DNA of 32,321 nucleotides from assembly GCA_964361185.1 (NCBI GenBank), contig CAYHZS010000002.1, positions 1 to 32,321 of the forward strand, written 5' to 3'. Each line of letters starts with the position of its first letter. The stretch's first letter is position 1. Both the position numbers and the translations under genes were made by a program. Below the pieces are notes generated by a model. The model was not told where the DNA came from. It saw nothing but the letters and a program-made list of their open reading frames with translations, and ran no database searches. The DNA is from an uncultured Candidatus Saccharibacteria bacterium. Lineage in GTDB: Bacteria > Patescibacteriota > Minisyncoccia > Phycocordibacterales > VMEP01. This document shows, piece after piece, positions 31,153 through 32,321 of the stretch.

Positions 31153-31727
31153 GAGACTCTCTCCGCGTATTCTCCCGTTTCAGTATTAACTCTTACCATT
31201 TCTCCAGCTTCTATGAAGAGAGGAACTGATATCACCGCTCCGGTTTCAAGCGTGACCTGCTTTCCGCCACCCGCGGCGGTATTTCCCTTCATGGAAGGAG
31301 GTGCGTCTTTCACCATCAGTTCCATTTTTATCGGGAGTTTAACTCCTATTATTTTTTCCTCATCTTCGTCATTGGTAAAAACGAGCGCGTCCACCATAGT
31401 GTTCCCTTTAAGAAATTTTGCCTGTGGTCCTATCAGCGATTCTTCCAGCGTAAAGCGCTTGCTGGGGTCATTTGCTTCGGAGAAAGTATATTCACCGCGA
31501 TTAAAGTAGATGAATTTAATCGGCCTTTTTGAAATGTCCGCTTCGCTGACCTTATCGGCGGCGTGGAAGGATATTGAAACAACCCTTCCTGAAAGAAGAC
31601 TCTTTAGCTTAGTCTGGTTCTGAGGCTTTCTCTGCTGGGTTCGGGCGACGTGGTATTCTATAACCTCGTAAGGCTCGCTGTTGTAGATGATAAACTTGCC
31701 CGGTTTGATTTCGTTGTATTCCAGCAT
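31146..31727 (-). CDS. efp: Elongation factor P
   Basis: IKPGKFIIYNSEPYEVIEYHVARTQQRKP and GGGKQVTLETGAVISVPLFIEAGEMVRVNTETGEY. Confidence 0.95.
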   Translation of the reverse strand: MLEYNEIKPGKFIIYNSEPYEVIEYHVARTQQRKPQNQTKLKSLLSGRVVSISFHAADKVSEADISKRPIKFIYFNRGEYTFSEANDPSKRFTLEESLIGPQAKFLKGNTMVDALVFTNDEDEEKIIGVKLPIKMELMVKDAPPSMKGNTAAGGGKQVTLETGAVISVPLFIEAGEMVRVNTETGEYAERVSK

Positions 31728-31832
31728 CCCATTAGAAATTATGATTCATAAATTTGTTACCAAAACCTGTTATCCGTCACAACCTTATCACTCAGTCATT
31801 TTATAGACTTCGTGAATTTCTAACGGGACAAG
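31726..31832. repeat. Copy 2 of the two-copy ~110-nt inverted-repeat-bounded element
   Basis: It has the same three blocks as copy 1, in the same order and with similar spacing (31726-31737, 31748-31757, 31818-31832). The left block overlaps the efp start codon. Confidence 0.65.
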
Positions 31833-31918
31833 TAATATTGGGGAATTCTACTTTATTTTTTAAAAATTGCAAATTAAAAATACCCTGATTCAAGATGAGG
31901 CGTTTTTAAGCGGTAAAA

Positions 31919-32321
31919 TTAAATCTCCGCGAATTTTTTGCGGATTTCTTTCAGTAGTTGACTTGAGATTTTGGTATTTTCGCGTAAGTATGTGCGCGCT
32001 GCGTCGTATCCGCGGCCGAGCTTCTCTTCACCGTAAGCATAAGAACCGGCGCCAGCTTTTTGAATGATTCCGAATTTTTCTCCGAGAGCGAGCATCTCTC
32101 CTTCGCGTGATATCCCTTCGCCGAACATAATGTCGAATTCAGTTTCTCTGAAAGGGGAGGCCACTTTATTTTTAACAACCTTGACGCGTGTGCGTGCTCC
32201 GACTGTCTCGTCTCCTTTTTTAATCTGGGCGATGCGTCTTATATCTAGGCGGACAGAAGTGTAGAATTTGAGCGCTTTGCCTCCCGGAGTTGTTTCCGGA
32301 TTGCCGAACATAACGCCAATT
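31919..32321 (-). CDS. recA: Recombinase RecA, C-terminal part (5' end outside window)
   Basis: The frame stays open to the window edge. [29 protein letters not shown] is the RecA signature. Confidence 0.95.
   Translation of the reverse strand, partial: IGVMFGNPETTPGGKALKFYTSVRLDIRRIAQIKKGDETVGARTRVKVVKNKVASPFRETEFDIMFGEGISREGEMLALGEKFGIIQKAGAGSYAYGEEKLGRGYDAARTYLRENTKISSQLLKEIRKKFAEI

Noticed and set aside
31728-31918. 190-bp recA-efp spacer and the 66-aa ORF 31867-32067 considered as a gene or ncRNA
   Set aside because: The ORF overlaps the recA 3' end in antisense and has no signals. I could not fold a convincing tRNA, SRP or tmRNA-like structure. Only the repeat copy at 31726-31832 is retained as an observation.
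1-32321. Alternative genetic code (UGA recoding, as in some CPR lineages)
   Set aside because: All conserved genes are full length under the standard code. At least the 803-aa gene terminates at TGA at a sensible position (ATGA overlap with the HAD gene start).

Overview
This is a compact, AT-rich, gene-dense fragment read with the standard genetic code. No in-frame UGA needs recoding. It looks like a reduced-genome bacterium of the Candidate Phyla Radiation / Patescibacteria (Parcubacteria-like) type. That placement is inferred from gene content, short proteins, mostly SD-less starts and an rplK with no rplA after it.

Most of the window is housekeeping:
- argS, ileS, glyQS and metG
- secE-nusG-rplK
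- rpsF-ssb-rpsR
- efp, recA (partial), recO, dut, tatD, idi, folB
- a family-4 UDG and a PduO-type corrinoid adenosyltransferase
- tRNA-His
- a DoxX/DsbA/VKOR thiol-redox trio
- a partial CusA/CzcA RND pump

Four things stand out.
1. A translationally coupled minus-strand operon (10209-15044) sits divergent from dut. It encodes a ParB/Srx-like protein, a tandem cytidine-deaminase-fold protein, an 803-aa fusion and a HAD nucleotidase-like protein. The fusion combines an MtrA-like domain, two DUF4346-like modules and a thymidylate-synthase-fold domain. This is my best candidate for an undescribed pyrimidine-nucleotide system.
2. ileS carries a complete histidine-phosphatase (PGAM-like) domain inserted between the two Cys pairs of its zinc knuckle.
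3. A family of degenerate 7-bp-periodic arrays (TTGTNAG / TTRGARG and their complements) abuts gene starts and stops. It also occurs in frame inside ileS and tatD.
4. Several ~105-126 bp intergenic segments are bounded by inverted repeats, and there is one 46-bp palindrome.

Three visibly more GC-rich orphan genes carry canonical Shine-Dalgarno sites that the housekeeping genes lack. All family assignments come from reading motifs by eye. No searches were run.
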